From: Callorhinchus milii
Taxonomy: Eukaryota
Direction: 5' to 3'
Assembly: GCF_018977255.1 (NCBI RefSeq)
Contig: NW_024704743.1
Coordinates: 22,260,001-22,324,000 of the forward strand
Length of the DNA stretch: 64,000 nt
The notes under the pieces are model-generated. The model searched no databases and was not told the DNA's origin. It saw nothing but the letters and a program-made list of their open reading frames with translations. This document shows positions 23,905 through 35,965 of this stretch, one piece after another (position 1 is the first letter of the stretch; every line of letters begins with the position of its first letter). Both the position numbers and the translations under genes were made by a program.

Positions 23905-24460
23905 ACAAGCTGAACGGGCTCCAAGATTAAGTTTGGCAACGCATTATAAAAATCAAGCCAACCCTTTGTGGTGGTCTCGGTAGTCCAGTTCGTCAGCCAG
24001 TTGGGTCCGCAGTGCTCCAGGGCACCGCTGATGCCAACACAGCCAGTCTGGCTCATTGGCAAGACTTGGAAGAGCAGATAAGTCACTAGGGGTAGGGACT
24101 CTTCAAACTCAGCTCCTGGCAATGCTGCAAGCCAAAGCCCTAATGGATAGGGTGGTCCTAGTGGAGAAGCAGTGGGAAACTTGGCAGGCAGTGCATTCAA
24201 TGGCAAGCTATGAGGTTTTAGCTGGTTAGACACCAGCAGTGCCCCCAATACACACTCTTGTCAATCTGCCCCTAATATATTTCCAGAATTAGGTAAGCAG
24301 GATGTGTCCCTCCATGGAGACAATGTGCATTCCATTCCAATAAATATCTCTGGGATTTCCATGTGCAGGTGGGTACATAAAACTCTCAGGTTGATTTGGA
24401 TACTTTTAAACTTGGTGATGGGTTTCCACACGTGTCAGACATCCGGCTAAACACCCTAAA
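23905..24460 (+). repeat. Unclassified ~550 bp dispersed repeat, copy 1 (orientation arbitrary)
   Basis: Aligns with 38845-39395, with the reverse of 45476-46038, and with fragments at 31605, 36405 and 60270. Confidence 0.85.
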
Positions 24461-24861
24461 CACAATCCAGGCTGCTTGGTTGCCTTAACATCACATGCTA
24501 CAGTATAACATGGCACCAGAACTAGCATTCAGGAGAATTTAAAGACGAATGACAAAAGAAGATTTTTAACTACAACTCGTGTCTCCAAAGTGTGACTTTT
24601 AAGCAGAAATTGTATCTCTTTGTTCTCTTTGCTGCGTAGACCCAGAAGCCTTTAATGCTGTAATTTCTAAGTTGCAATGCTATTCAAGGAACATTTTGTT
24701 CCTCAATCATGACAGAGCAAAGTAAACACAAACAATAATGTGGGGATAGTACCGTACAATTTAAATGCAATATTTAAATTTAATATCATGTCAGTTATTT
24801 AGTCTTTCTCTAGATTTTGATTTAATTTCGCTCTTGCAGTGCTAATGGTAGACAATAATAA

Positions 24862-24941
24862 CTTTGCCCTGCCTGGGAATCAAACCCAGGTCCTCTTGCT
24901 TTGTGAGGAGAGTGGTCTAACCACTAAGATACAGGACTCCA
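24862..24941 (-). mobile_element. Isolated SINE tRNA-like head
   Basis: gtggagtcctgtatcttagtggttagacc...cctgggtttgattcccaggcaggg. Confidence 0.7.
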
Positions 24942-27039
24942 CAAAGTGGAGTGTTGTGGTTTAATGCTAACATGGATCAATGTATTCATGCGGGTTTGGT
25001 TTTATTGCAATGGATGTCTTTTACACCCATGAAATCAGAAGAATTAAAGCCTTCAGAAAACTTCTACATTTTTTTACCAATCAAAGACGTCAAAGAAGGT
25101 TAAAAGGCATAGTCCCAGACAAGAAGCAATTAAATACAGTACAGAACCCAGAATGATTCTACATAGCTTGCTCCAAATCTGGGACTGGAATTACTTAAGA
25201 CTACCGCACTGGGCAACAAGCTGTGTAAAGGTGCCTCAGGGAATGCAATAAAATCAAACCAACTTTACAATCCAAAGGCACAGAAGCGTGTACCTATGTA
25301 TTCAATCGAGGCTTGAAATATGGCTAATTCTAAAATCTGAGGAGAATCCAACAGATTTGTTTTAACATTCAACAATTTTTTTAACTTCCCCACAACAACT
25401 ACAACAATACAATTACATTTTTATAGCGTCTTTCACGTGGGTCGGTCGGACGTCCCAAGGTGCTGGACAATCAGTGTTATTTTCCTTCCTGCAGTACAAC
25501 CCTGTTAAGTGCCTCATTCGAGCATGAACCTGCTTTTAATGTGGGAGTCTTGTGGAGACCACTGTTACTGGAAGTGCAACTTGCATTTATATAGCGTCTC
25601 TCCAGCAAGGTGGCGTCCCAGAGACAGCTTCCCCCGCTAAACAAATGCCAAAGTCTGGCTTTTCAGTTTACCAATGTCACTTCCTGCATGTGTGCTACCT
25701 GAAGGAAGCACCACTCAGGTCACTCCACAAAAAAAAGTGCCAAGGAAATTAACTACTGCGGCAACTTGAAGGCCTGGAATTTTTCGTGCTCCCTTTTAAG
25801 TTGGTTCCTGAGATATTGTACCCAAAACAACCATGGTGTAACAGGGTTGTCCTGCATTTCTTTCTATTCTATTAGAGAGAGCCAGCACAGGTGCTCGCTC
25901 TCCTGTGTGGTTCAGGCCAGCATAGTGTTTTTTCCGGAGAAAGAGCCAAGGACTCAGGTATTTGTAACTGAACAGAGTTATCATCCCTATAGAACAGAGC
26001 TAAGTGTGGAAAAACGTATCAAATCTTGATGGCAGAGTTGATCGCCTCAGCTGCAAAAGATAGATGACATACACCTTTCCAGCCTAGTACCATGTTCAGT
26101 CTATCTCTCCCTCCAGTGATTCACCAATTGCAATCTTTGATGGGGAACTAATAACTCTGTACAAGCAGAAGATGAGACCAGAGTGAGGCACAGCACTCTT
26201 TCCAGGCTCTAGGTTTCTCACTCTCTGAGAAAGTTACGTATCCAATCCAATATCTCAACAAATAAACTGCAAAAAGGCCAGTTCCTCAAGGAGGCTGGGA
26301 TACTGTACCCGATCAAAAGGTCTCAAAATGCTGGGGGCATCTCCTCTTACTTTGATCATGAGCGTCACTGTTACTAATTTGCAGTTCCCATAATTAAAAT
26401 GATTCTCTATTTCTTCCTTGATCTCTCCAGTGCTTTCATTCTCTTTCACTCAATTTCTCTTTCTACACTTCTCAACCCATTAATGACTTGCAATCATCCT
26501 CCCCAAACACATACACTTTACTGTTTAAATCTTGGTCTTTCTCTTCCATCACCTTTCACTGTTCCTTCTATTTAGCAGTCTAATTTTTATATTATGTATA
26601 CAGTAACCTCAGCACCACAGACAAGTCCTCGAAAGAAATGAGGCAATTTACACTATGGAAGTTGCTAAACGTCAAATTTGATTTGGAGCAGAATAGTTAG
26701 CGCTTCTTCACTTGAAAAACAAATAAAAATCCTTCCCCTAGCAACTCCCTTTGGTTTAAAGGTTTGTTTTGTCCGTAGGGATTTGTCTGATATGTCAAAG
26801 TGCTGTGTGTGTTCTCTTGTCTCGGTTGCGAGCTCTCCCTTGAGAGCCTCTAAGACTGCTTGTGGGATTAGATCTGTCAGCATGGAGGCTGGTGGACTGT
26901 TTACCAAGAGCTCTGTAAATCACTTCTGTCTCCAATTACACTGGGATCAGCAGAAGTCTGTAAATTCATCGCACTCACTCTTCTTGCATCTGACATTTCA
27001 TTTAGTTTCCATTTTAACAGTTTTTTGCGAAATCCGTAC

Positions 27040-27540
27040 TGTCACATCGATACAGCTTTTCACGTAGAAAGAACGTCTCAAGGTCCTTGACAGATAATAC
27101 AATGGTGGGACTCAAGGAGTTAGAAGTGAGCGATGGATTAGAGTGGGAAGAGAAAGACACGGACAGGAGAATTGGCTGGAGATTACTTAGGTAGTGAGAG
27201 GCCGGACTGTGGAGGAAATTTAAAAGGACAATGATCTTAAGGTCAATCCGCTGAGGCATTGAAAACCATTAGAGCTTGGCAAGTTTGGGAGGTAGTGGAT
27301 ATGCAAAGCCTATTGAGGGAGATAACATGGGCTGCTGTTTAGTTTAGAGCTTGCGAATACTGGAGCTAAACAGGCTACTGAGGGGAGCATTGGAAAGGTC
27401 TATCCTCAAGCTGATGAATGGATATTGGATGTTTCAGCAGCAGAGAGAGTGAGGTAAGAGTGTAAGGTCATGTTTTGGGAGATGGAAACAGCAGTTTTAA
27501 TGATGGATCAGATTGCAGGGTGGGGTTTGAAGCACATCTC
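27040..27540 (-). mobile_element. Old L2-type LINE 3' fragment
   Basis: MPQRIDLKII..LHSPASHYLSNLQP resembles the L2 ORF2 C-terminus; an L2-like tail lies near 27050. Confidence 0.65.
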
Positions 27541-28876
27541 TTGAAATGGGATTGGCGAGAGGTAAGCAAATAGTTGGTTGGCTGTGACGCGGTGTTTAAT
27601 TACCTTGGAAGACGGGAAAAGTTTGAGTGGTAGGTTAACGTAGAAAGAACGAGAATAACAACTAATGGAAGAATATTAAATTAAAATAGTATGTAAAATA
27701 AGAGATTGCAGAATACTCAGCAATTACTGATGTGCACAACACAGTGGGAAGAGGGCGAGTAGGCTGTGAAGTGTGTATAAAGAGCAGCTTACATGGTCAG
27801 ATGTAAAGCACCAGCTAAAGAGAGTTTGGCAACTACTTTTATCAGCGTCTAGTTGGCAAGGTTACATCCAGCTACATATAAATGAATCTCAGCATTCTGC
27901 GGGAGCTTTTCATATCATGGACATTTTTCAATTAAAATGGTGCCCTCACGTTGTCAATAGATAGCGAGGGTTGCATCAAACAAAAAGACATGCAATAATT
28001 AATGCAGAATTTCAAAGATCATTACACATTTGTTTAATCGACTGGTTGCAATTGTCGATTTATACAGAGCTTTCAGCAGCTGTCAGACCCTGCTATATCA
28101 CACTTAGTGATTAAGGAGGTGTTTCCTCCGAGACCCTATAAAATCTAAAGCGTCCAAGATAAAAAATGTTTTATCTTAGAATAAGAAAAACAACCCGAAA
28201 TAAAACACGCATCGTTGAGTTTTCTTTCCAACTCTCAACAGCCTCAAAATACCTCATACCTCATAGCTGCAGGTCCTATTTGCACCACTGTCATTTGTCT
28301 CACATTTCTGTACCAAGAGTAGCCACCAAACAGTGAGTAATCAGTAACACGGTCTCAGAAATTGGTCTTTTTCTATTCCAGGCTGATCCCTTCTCTGATT
28401 TTTTTTTACATTATTTCTCCTTCACCGATTTTCTCCACTCAACACCAACAAATTGCACTTATACAAAGGATACGCAGGGCAAGGACTTTTCTTTTCTTTC
28501 ACAACTTCCCACTGACTTGTAACATTTCCAAAGACTTGGGATTAGTTAAAAACACCTACTGCAAAAAAATTAACTGCAGACAGATTTAGAATGAAACATA
28601 AACTGTGGTTGCAGAGAAAGTGCCGATAACTACACTAGAGCATTTCACAGAGCAAGTAAGACTTCAGGGTCTATACGTTATTCATTAGGAACTGGTCAAA
28701 GATAACAACTTTTTAAAGACAAATGCATAATGTATTATCTATAGACCCTGTGGATACTTTGCTTCACTCAACACACCAGGCCACTGCCAACACGCTTCAG
28801 ATACAGAAACAATATAATTCACACTTTTCTCCTTTAACTACGTTCAATGCTCAAAAGGGGAGCCACAGCGACTTGC

Positions 28877-29013
28877 CTTGTTGAAGTCTTCAGACGTCGC
28901 TCTCATCTCCTTCCAAGTCTTGTTCAGCAGCTGGATACAGATGCAGAAGAATTCCTCAAACGCCCGGTCGTGGATGAAAAACATGGGGTGGAAGTCATTG
29001 CAGGTGTCACTGG
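28877..29013 (-). CDS. ELMO1: ELMO1 internal coding exon, (P)[45 protein letters not shown] (phase 1/0), GC donor
   Basis: Acceptor ...ttgcag|CC AGT completes the Pro codon begun in the previous exon; 137 nt; ends AAG|gcaagt. Confidence 0.95.
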
Positions 29014-29089
29014 CTGCAAGTTTGCACCAAAGTGTCAGGAGAGGAGAGGAGAGAGTGAGAGAGAACATCTTATTACTCAAGATTTACTC

Positions 29090-29292
29090 CACTTTCAGCA
29101 TCTACACCCCGCCTTCATCAACTCTTTCTATCTTTCCATCTCACCTCCTCTCTATCTATCTTTAAATCCTGATTAAAAACCTACCTCTTTGATCATGCTT
29201 TCGTCCACCTCCCCCTCCCCCCTTACTGGGCACTATAAAGATCTCTGAGACGTTATTCTACGTGTAGGGTACTGTATAAATGCAAGTAATTA
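29090..29292 (+). mobile_element. L2-type LINE 3' end close to the ELMO1 acceptor at 29013
   Basis: aaaacctacctctttgatcatgctttc...tgagacgttattctacgtgtagggtactgtataaatgcaagt. Confidence 0.55.
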
Positions 29293-30715
29293 TTTCTGTA
29301 CTCCGCAAATCCTAAATAAGTGGACTTTGTGGGATTAAAATATAAAATACACAAAGCAGCTGAAACTAAAGTTCCTATTGGAATCCTATTGGCAATATCT
29401 CTGCTGACAATCATTGGTTCTCCACACGACAAGGCAAATTCTAGAAGAAATTGTGCAAATATCCTGCGTTGACACAAAGAATGTATCACATTCCTCATGC
29501 CTCTAAACCGAAGCTTCTAAAGTCCCATTTATACTGCATGGGGAATCAATGCAAATAAGGCACCAGATTGGTACTGAAAATGTAGGATAATTATCTGTTC
29601 TTTTTTCGGGAAGCCTGGTGAAAGAAACTGCCTTAGGAAGGAGCTTTTATGCACTAACACTAGGTGCAGTGAATATTTTGTTGTATTCTTATAATGGTTC
29701 ATTCCCAGTATACAATGAAACCATTTGTTACAGCTAGCAAGCAGTGCCCACTGATCCCCGTAAATATTAGTAAACCAAGTCATGACTAAAATCTATAGGG
29801 CATTTGGGATAAGATAGGACAGTCCCTATAATGCTAAAGAAATAAAGGAACTGGAAGCTCAGGTTAATATTTTCAGACTAGAGGATGACTGGAGATACAG
29901 ACTTCAAGGTACAGTAATGATCTGGGAATTTAGTGTATCAGGTTATCAGTCAGTCTGAAGTTGGTTCAGCACCACGGAGAGCACACAACGAATGGTAAAT
30001 CTATGTAAATGCAGTCTCACAAAACAGTGACTGCTTATCCCACTTCAAAGACTGAATCGTGAGTAACGGTGTAATGCAACATTGATTGACCAACTAAGTA
30101 CCCTTCTGTCTTGAGGTTGAGACAAATCTTTCCACCAGGGTTGGGTGGATCAAGCAGTTTGGAGGCTGCATTTTTAATCGCAGTTCTAATCTTTCTACCT
30201 GCAAGTTGCTGATGCCAAGCAAAGGCTAAAAGATCAAAGTCAAATGACAAACTGCGAATAACAAATGACAAACTGCGACAGAATATTTTACCAACAACTA
30301 TCGATGATCTGGAATCAATACAACAGGTAGTAGCCAGGTATCATTGTTTTTTTGTGCAAGTAATGCAAAACCTTTTTTCTTCCTAAAACCTTGTATAACA
30401 TTTTTAAGCACCTGTGCTAAAACTCTACTGTAATATAATAATATTAATCCCTGCATTTGATGTCTCACCTTATCACATCATCGAGACATCTCAAAGTGCT
30501 TCACAGGAAACACTGTAAATAGGATTGACTGTGTATTTTGAGGGTGCACCAAAATTTGCACTTGTATAATACATTTTACATAGGATGAATACCTCAAAGC
30601 GCTTAATCGATGATGACAAGGCTCAAAGTAGGGAGGACTAAGGATGTTGACTGAAAGCACACTCAAAGAGAAATACTTTTAAAAAGGTGGGGACTTTATC
30701 CAGGAGGTAATAAAA

Positions 30716-31100
30716 ACAATAATAATCATCTTTACATTCGGTATAGTGCCTTTCATGTCAGAACTTTTCACAGGATATACTATAAAGTGCAGTGACTGAG
30801 TATTTGTAGGCAAACATGGCAACCAAGTGCACAAAGCTATGACTCACAAATAGCCATGAAACAAATTACCAATTTTATTTGGGGATTGTTGGCCAGAACC
30901 CGGGAGAAACTCCCTTCTCTTTGCAAATAGCACTGTGAGATCTTTAATGTCCATCAGAACAGGCCGACAAGATCTAGGTTTAATATCTCATCCAAAGGAC
31001 AGCGACTTCTGACAATGCAATTCACACTCAGCAAGTCCCAAAATGGGACTTGAACCCACAACCTCTGACTCAAAGGCGACTAACTAATCCAGCCTGACAC
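30716..31100 (-). mobile_element. Older Deu-domain-type SINE, near full length
   Basis: Tail, Deu core, and head gggacttgaacccacaacctctgactc...cagcctgaca. Confidence 0.75.
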
Positions 31101-31604
31101 AAAGGTTTTGTGCCCGAGTTTGCAAAGCTGTGGTGTCAAGACCTAGATTTATGAAAGATGTCCACCCTTTACTAAACCCTGTGAATAGGGACAACATTAC
31201 AGCTACCTAATCAGTTAATCACTGAATTTTATAAATTCACAGATTATAAATCAAGCATAATTTTTTATTTATTGTAAAGAGCCACCCACAATTATTTTCA
31301 CACAAGCACACACATATTAGGTCCCCCATAAAATACCATAAAAATAAAAAAAATACAGGCTATGGTGGGTGGGAGGGAGAGAGAGAAAAATAAAATGAAG
31401 CAAGCAAGATAAATGAAACTCCTGCACTCCATCCAGATGAAAATTACGTCTGTGTGGGCCATTCCATATACGTATGCTAAAATGTTTTTAAAGACTATTT
31501 GTTTAGTTCATAAACAATGCTGCCTTTGGCAGTGTGGCTTTCAATGGCGATCACGAGTGGGAGCCATAATGTAATTTTTCCCTCCCTAGCTAATTGTGCT
31601 GAGG

Positions 31605-31720
31605 TCCACACTCTGGGGTTCCCAAGCCTTGGCTCTTGCCAATCTGTGCCTAATACTTTCCAGAATTAGGTAAGCAGGATGTGTCCCTCCAGGGAGAGAG
31701 TGCGCATTCCATTCTCATAA
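31605..31720 (+). repeat. Unclassified dispersed repeat, internal fragment
   Basis: ccttggctcttgccaatctgtgcctaatactttccagaattaggtaagcaggatgtgtccctcc. Confidence 0.8.
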
Positions 31721-32002
31721 AATCCACAAAATATACTGAACAGAAGGAACTAAGACTTGAATGTTAATAAGAATCAGAAATCAGCTATTTGTGAGCAACA
31801 GTTTTTGATATTGCCAATATAATGGCGAGAACACCTCAAAGTGCTTCACAAAGTTTCTGTGAAGTGTGGTGACAAACTTGGAATAAATAGAATTCCAGCA
31901 TAGTCTCCACTGGCAAGCCTGCCTACAGGAACCTTGGATTTCTCTTTAGTGTCAAACACTTTCCTCTCTTTGTTGGCTCTTAACTTTCTATGTTACTCCT
32001 TA

Positions 32003-32366
32003 GTGGAGTCCTGTAGCTCAGTGGTTAGAGCACTCGCTTTGCAAGTGAGAGACCTGAGTTCAATTCCAGGCAGAGAGCGAAACCTTGGGCAAGTTTCCTT
32101 ACTCCACACAGAGCCTAATAATAATCTCTCCAAAAAACAAAAACAATAATAAATTGGTCATTTTCAATCTACGACTGTTTGTGGGACATTGTTGTGCGCA
32201 ATTGGCTGCCGCGTTCGCCCACAAATATATACAGTCAATTCACTTTACAGTGTGTTCTGTGAAGCGCCTTGGGACGTCCTCCTGACGTGAAAGGCGCTTT
32301 ATAAATGGAATCTTGTTGTTGTTGTTGTTGTTGTATATCAAATGCAAGGATTATTATTATTATTAT
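32003..32366 (+). mobile_element. Full-length young tRNA(Ala-like, TGC loop)-headed SINE with a chimeric L2 tail
   Basis: gtggagtcctgtagctcagtggttagagcactcgctttgcaag head; near-identical to the copies at 33718-34041 and 53637-53951. Confidence 0.9.
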
Positions 32367-32506
32367 ATTCCTCAAATATGCCAAAGCCTCTACGAATGCT
32401 CTCTGTATTGCCAAGGCACTTGAGGAGCCCTTGACAAGATCCAACCTTTCTCTCTCTCACACCGAATCACACACAAACACTAAATTTTCCAATTTTTCTC
32501 TTCTCT

Positions 32507-33040
32507 AAGAACATAAGAACATAAGAATTAGGAGCAGGAGTAGGCCATTCGGACCCTCTAGCCTGCCCCCCCATTCAATATGACCACGGCTGATCTATTC
32601 TAACTCCACGTACCTGTTTTATCCCCATAACCCTTAATCCACAAGAAATCTATCAATCTCAGCCTTGAATATGTACAACGACTGAGCATCTACAGCCCTT
32701 TGGTTTTTCCTCAACTCAGTGCGAAAAGGCTTACCCTTAATTTTAAGACTGTCACCCCATGTTATAGTTTCTCCAACCAAGGGAAAAAGTCTCCCACTGT
32801 CTATTCTGTCGTGCCCCTTAATAATCTTATAGGTTTCTATAACCTCTCATTCTTCTATATTCTGGAGAATATAGGCCTAAATTGCTCAACCTATCCTCAT
32901 AACTCATCACCCTCATTCCTGCTACCAACCTAGTGAATCTACGTTGTACCCCCTCCAAGGCGAGTACATCCTTTCTTAAATAAGGAGACCAAAACTGCAC
33001 ACAATACTCTAGGTGCGGTCTCACCAGGGCCCTATACAGG
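32507..33040 (-). mobile_element. CR1 LINE 3' fragment (ORF2 C-terminus plus 3' UTR, internally deleted)
   Basis: [39 protein letters not shown] is the CR1 RT C-terminus; (ttcttatg)n 3' tail. Confidence 0.9.
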
Positions 33041-33717
33041 TGTTCCTCCTAAATTCTAATTACACCATCCCATGTGCTCTCCCTCCTCCCTGCATCTTCT
33101 TTAATACCAAGACTCATTGCATTGTCTCTTATTCCAAGGGCTTATAATTATATATGCTTTTAAAACCCAAACTTGGTGACATCCAACCACTCCTTTTCAA
33201 TTTATCTCATCTGATCTCCCATCCATGATCTCCCATTGAACTTGAAACTCATACAGTCTAAGCTGACAATCCAATTCAGTGTTGAATTGTCAGAGGTGCC
33301 ATCCTTCGGATGAGACATTAAACCTGTTTGCCTGTTCAGGTGGATGTGCCAATCCAGTAAAAAAAGAGAAGGGAGTTTCACCCAGTATCTTGGCCAATAA
33401 TCCTGCAAATAAAATGCAATCATTTCATTGCTGTGCGCAAATTGGCTGCCACATTTGTCCACAAAACGCAGTCACTCCACTTTACAGTATATACACTGAA
33501 ACACTTTGGGAGGTCCTCCTGATGTGAAAGGCGATATGCCAAATGTAAGGATTATTCTTATTCTTATTATCAACCTTCCTGGTGTCCTGCACAAAGAGCC
33601 TTGGTCCATCACCTGGTTGTTTCGATTTCAGTTGGGGGAAAAAATGTAAAATATATGGTGCAAAGCAGAGAGAACAAATGCAAATATCAAATATGAGGAT
33701 TATTTATTTATTTATAA

Positions 33718-34041
33718 ATAAATAATAATCCTTGCATTTGATATAGCGCTTTTCACGTCGGGAGGACGTCTCAAAGCGCTTCACGGAATACACTGTAAAG
33801 TGAATTGACTGTATATTTGTGGGTGAACACGGCAGCCAATTGCGCACAGCAATATCCCACAACAGTCATAGATTGAAAATGACCAATTTTTTTTATTATT
33901 GTTTTTGGTTTTGGAGGGATTATTATTAGGTGTGTGGAGTAAGGAAACTTGCCCAAGGTTTCGCCCTGACCTGCCTGGAATTGAACTCAGGTCTCTCACT
34001 TGCAAAGCGAGTGCTCTAACCACTGAGCTACAGGACTCCAC
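33718..34041 (-). mobile_element. Full-length young tRNA-headed SINE
   Basis: Its reverse complement is near-identical to 32003-32366. Confidence 0.9.
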
Positions 34042-34671
34042 AACAAACTTAACAAACGTTTTAGGTGAAAACATTTTACTAATTTATTTGATCCACATTA
34101 AGCAATCAGAATCAGAAACACTATCAATAATTGATCAAGCCACCTACAAACAGAATTGTATGGCAAGCAGATCTGCATCAAATGATGTACAACACATGTA
34201 TTAATGATGAGTTGCCTCTGTTGTGCAATGTAACTTTGGCAGCCATTCAAACACAATCTGGGGCACGTTGGTCCAACGAAGCCTCAGCTACAGGGAGCAA
34301 CGCAGGTTTCTCAGAATGGTTGTATCTTTCCACTGCCCTGGCTTTAATAAGAGAGGGTCAACCGGTCCTGCAGCAGGGCGAGGTGCACAAACACTGATAC
34401 ATTTTGTATTGAAACGAAAGGAAAACAATCAGTTGCCTCCCATTTTCTACGAGGTTTGGAACCGTGTTTTACCGTGAAAAACGTGATGCGGCAGAGGTAT
34501 GCAAGGTTTACTTTCCAGTCTCACTCACATGGCCATATCAAATGCAAGAATTATTATAAGGAATCATTCTGAATGTAATACATTTGATTAAATATTTGCC
34601 TTAGTTTTGATATATGCTTGCTTGAAGATACGAGTAGGTTCAAACAGCTGATTCCTGTATATTACTTCAAT

Positions 34672-34850
34672 CCACGATTGTTTGTGAGACACTGCTGTGC
34701 GCAATTGGCTGCCATGTTTTGCCCACAAATATACAGAAAATTCACTTTACAGTATATTCTGTGAAGCACTTTGAGACGTCTAGAAGACATGATAAGGCGC
34801 TATATCAAATGCAAGGATTATTATGATGATTATTATTGTTATTATTATTT
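34672..34850 (+). mobile_element. SINE 3' half (Deu-like core plus tail)
   Basis: ctgtgcgcaattggctgcc...atatcaaatgcaaggattatt. Confidence 0.8.
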
Positions 34851-35512
34851 TTAACTGTTAAGAGACCCAACCACAAAAAAAAGGCAGTGCAAACGTTAAA
34901 TCTGGAAGCAGTGTTGTTTTAAGTAACCCAATGCAGAAAAAGAAAGAAAACAAAGTGCAGGGCTTTCGACATGGCATGATACAGGACAAATGATACAGGA
35001 CAAAGATGCCTGGATTTTGGTTCAACTTTTTTTAAAAAAACATTTCCAGAGCTACTACTGCGTGAATTTTCCAATTGAAACTCTGCACTACTCTCAATAT
35101 ACAATGAATCTTTCCTCGTCCCCACCCCTCCCCCTCACCCTTCAATAGAGAACTAATTCAACGTCAGCTTCCCCTGGGCTTCAGTACTCCGCACTCTAAC
35201 ACTCATGGTCTCCAGAGAGCCAGTTCCTTAATACTTAATAAAAATAAGTCATTCATTAAACTTCAGTTACACTCCAATAAATTGTTAGCTAACCAAGTCA
35301 ATGACTATAGTGCATCAATCCCAGCACGGCTGTTTTTAGCCACTCTGAAGCACTAATGGCTTTTATCTCACTTTGATTGATGGAAGCTCAGTAATTTGTA
35401 AAGATTGTGCATTTTATTTATTGCAATAATAACTGCACCTTCGTCTCACCATCACAATCACCTTCTTCACCAAATGTCTCCAATACTCTGCTGACTAGTT
35501 CCACTCATTAAG

Positions 35513-35965
35513 CATCAACCTGGCTCAGCTAGTAGCGTTCTCACTTCCCAGAAGGTTGTGGGTTCAAGTCCTCCATTGGGACTTTGAATTTACGTAGTCC
35601 AATGCTGTGCTAGGGGAGGCTGGCATTGATGAGACATTAACCAAGGTCTCCTCTGCCTGTTTACGTGACTGTAAAAATCCCATAGCACTATTCGAACGCA
35701 GAAATGTTTCTACCGGTGTCCCCAAAATAAAATTAGTTATTCACTGTTTGTGGCAAATTACTGTGTGCAAATTGGCTGCCAGGTTCGCCGACAAAATATA
35801 TAGTCACTACACTTTACGATATCTCTTTGACTCAGTTTTTGATTATCTTTCCTCTGCCCACTCCTCTGCTCCTATTCCCAGCTTGTTTGCCCATCCAGCA
35901 TTGTCAGCCTCTTTGAGACGTCCTCCCGATGTGAAAGGCGCTTTTATCAAGTGCAAGGATTAGGA
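35513..35965 (+). mobile_element. Older Deu-domain-type SINE
   Basis: Head cctggctcagctagtagcg...gggttcaagtcc, followed by the Deu core and tail. Confidence 0.7.

Noticed and set aside
30241..30278. Short tandem duplications (also ~42552-42580)
   Set aside because: These are ordinary slippage-type duplications, not a CRISPR-like array, since there are no unique spacers between repeated units.
32003..32080. tRNA-Ala(TGC)-like genes here and at 34041, 53637 and 63963
   Set aside because: Each full copy continues into a SINE body and tail and has a disrupted T-stem. These are SINE heads, not tRNA genes.
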